Assembly: GCA_000934665.2 (NCBI GenBank)
Contig: KZ538428.1
Coordinates: 51,365 to 71,364, forward strand
DNA: 20,000 nucleotides
From: Catajapyx aquilonaris
Lineage: Eukaryota
Direction: 5' to 3'
Within the stretch, counting starts at the first letter, position 1. Each line of letters opens with the position of its first letter. Shown here piece by piece: positions 18,452 to 20,000 of the stretch. The translations under genes were made by a program, and so were the position numbers. The notes below the pieces were generated by a model. The model saw only the letters and a list, made by a program, of their open reading frames with translations, was not told where the DNA came from and did not search any database.

Positions 18452-19680
18452 TTTTTTTTAAATCATTTATTTACAGATTTACAGAACTATTCAGCTTACA
18501 ATTTACCTCCCTTCTTATTCTAAGGGGGGGAGACACATGCGTAATATATTTGTTTAATAAACATTTTATGACGTGTTCGTATCTATCTCGGTGTTGTTGG
18601 GGATTATTCACTGGTTTTATATTCATTATATCACTGTATCTTACATTGTTCTCTCCTTGCTTAATCTAACATATATTCATGTATTTGTTGTATTTAATGA
18701 GTATTTTATTGATGTTTTCTATTTCATTTATTGGAGCAATTGCTATATATTGTAAAAATTGGTTTCTAGGTGGGGGATGCCAGTTTAACTGTTTTATTAT
18801 GGATTGTGTGCAATTACATTCGGAAATAATATGAAACCACGAGTTGTTTTCTAATTGATTACAAATCTGGCATTTCTCATTTATGTCTATTGTAAGTGCT
18901 GAACCATCTGTTAATGGAATCCAGTTATTTTTATTTCTTATTGCACATATTTGTCTTTTGATGGTTATCGAATGGTTTTTATTGAGATATGGTGCCGGTA
19001 ACGGATCGAATGTTATATTGTGGTAATATCTGTATGTGTCTGATGTCTTAAGTTTATTTAGATCTTCCTGTCTTGCTTGATCTATTACTCTCCTGATTGT
19101 TAATTCTATTGCTTTTATGTCATCGGAATCTATTATTGAAGTCACCATAGACATTGACAAATCATGGTCATTTAGCATCTTCGATATCTGTGTTGCCCAG
19201 TTTTTGTTACGTTTTGGGTAATTTACTTGCTCTATTTGGAGCGCTGACCAACTAATTTTGGCCAACCTGTCTTCTTCCCATCGCGAAATTTTATTTAACC
19301 ATCTTAATGTTTGTTTTATTATCCTATATTTTTGGTGTGGTCTTCCTGTCTCTAGACGTAGGAAATAGCCCGCTGTTATGAATCCTGGTGTAAGAAGTTT
19401 TTTTTAGAAAATAATATTGTACTCTCTCTATTTGTTGTGGGTATGCGTGCCCCCACGTTTCTGCCGCATATAGTATAATTGGGATTATTTTCATGTCTAA
19501 AATTTTATATGCTGGTGTTATCATTGGCAGTTTGACTTTTGTTAATATGGGCCATACCGCGTTAATGGCTTGTATTGCTTCGGTGTATTTAATTTGGGCT
19601 TCTAATTTAAATGACGCTGATGAAGTAAAAGTTGTTCCTAAATATTTGTATGATTTAGTTGTCTCCAGTTTTTCATCATT
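18452..19680 (-). mobile_element. 3' part of a second RTE-X-like LINE (end of RT + CCHC), interrupted by mariner
   Basis: KSYKYLGTTF, IIPIILYAAETWG...IERVQYYFLKK and CQICNQLENNSWFHIISEC. Frameshifted. Poly-A-like tail at ~18452-18475. Confidence 0.88.
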
Positions 19681-19682
19681 TA

Positions 19683-20000
19683 CGAGGGGGAATCAAATGA
19701 AAACGAGAATTATTTTTTTTACAATTGTTCTACTATAATAATTATTGTGACAACTACACTATTTTTCCACATAGTCTCCTTGGCGTTCACTGCAAGTGCG
19801 CCACCTGGTAGGAAGCACCTCAATACCGCGGGAAAAAAAATCTTTCGATTGAGCTCGTAGCCAGTTGTGCACCGCCGCTTCCACTTCATCATTGGACTGG
19901 AACTTCTTTCCTCCTATAGGTCTGCCTTCAATAGACCAAAGATGTGGTAATCAGATGATGCTAAGTCGGGCGAGTACGGGGGGATGTGGCAGACACTTCT
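19683..20000 (-). mobile_element. mariner transposon 3' end (runs off the window)
   Basis: TA|CGAGGGGGAATCAAATGAAAACGAG TIR. Minus strand 19759-20000 encodes LPHPPYSPDLASSDYHIFGLLK/GGKKFQSNDEVEAAVHNWL...RWRTCSERQGDYVEK*, with one frameshift. Confidence 0.92.

Overview
Eukaryotic (invertebrate-like) genomic DNA dominated by nested transposable elements. One intact host gene can be built: a 7-exon + strand C2H2 zinc-finger gene (ATG 5090 to TAA 15189, predicted 407 aa, four C-terminal fingers, all six introns GT-AG and phase-compatible). Its N-terminal helical segment is not recognisable as KRAB, ZAD, BTB or SCAN. Intron 1 carries six RFX X-box-like motifs. A frameshifted leucine-rich-repeat pseudogene, not visible as one ORF in the supplied track, lies head-to-head with the gene behind a 130-bp palindrome. 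Mobile DNA includes three tRNA-SINE families (six copies), a ~4.7-kb decayed APE-RT LINE inserted in a piggyBac-type MITE, two further LINE fragments, pogo-, piggyBac- and Kolobok-type MITEs, Sola2-like relics and the 3' end of a mariner. The most unusual observations are the X-box cluster, a copy of the target-site DNA embedded inside LINE ORF1, and SINE 3' tails that keep a hairpin shape while changing sequence. No clearly new biological system can be proven from sequence alone. Family assignments come from recognised motifs, not database searches.
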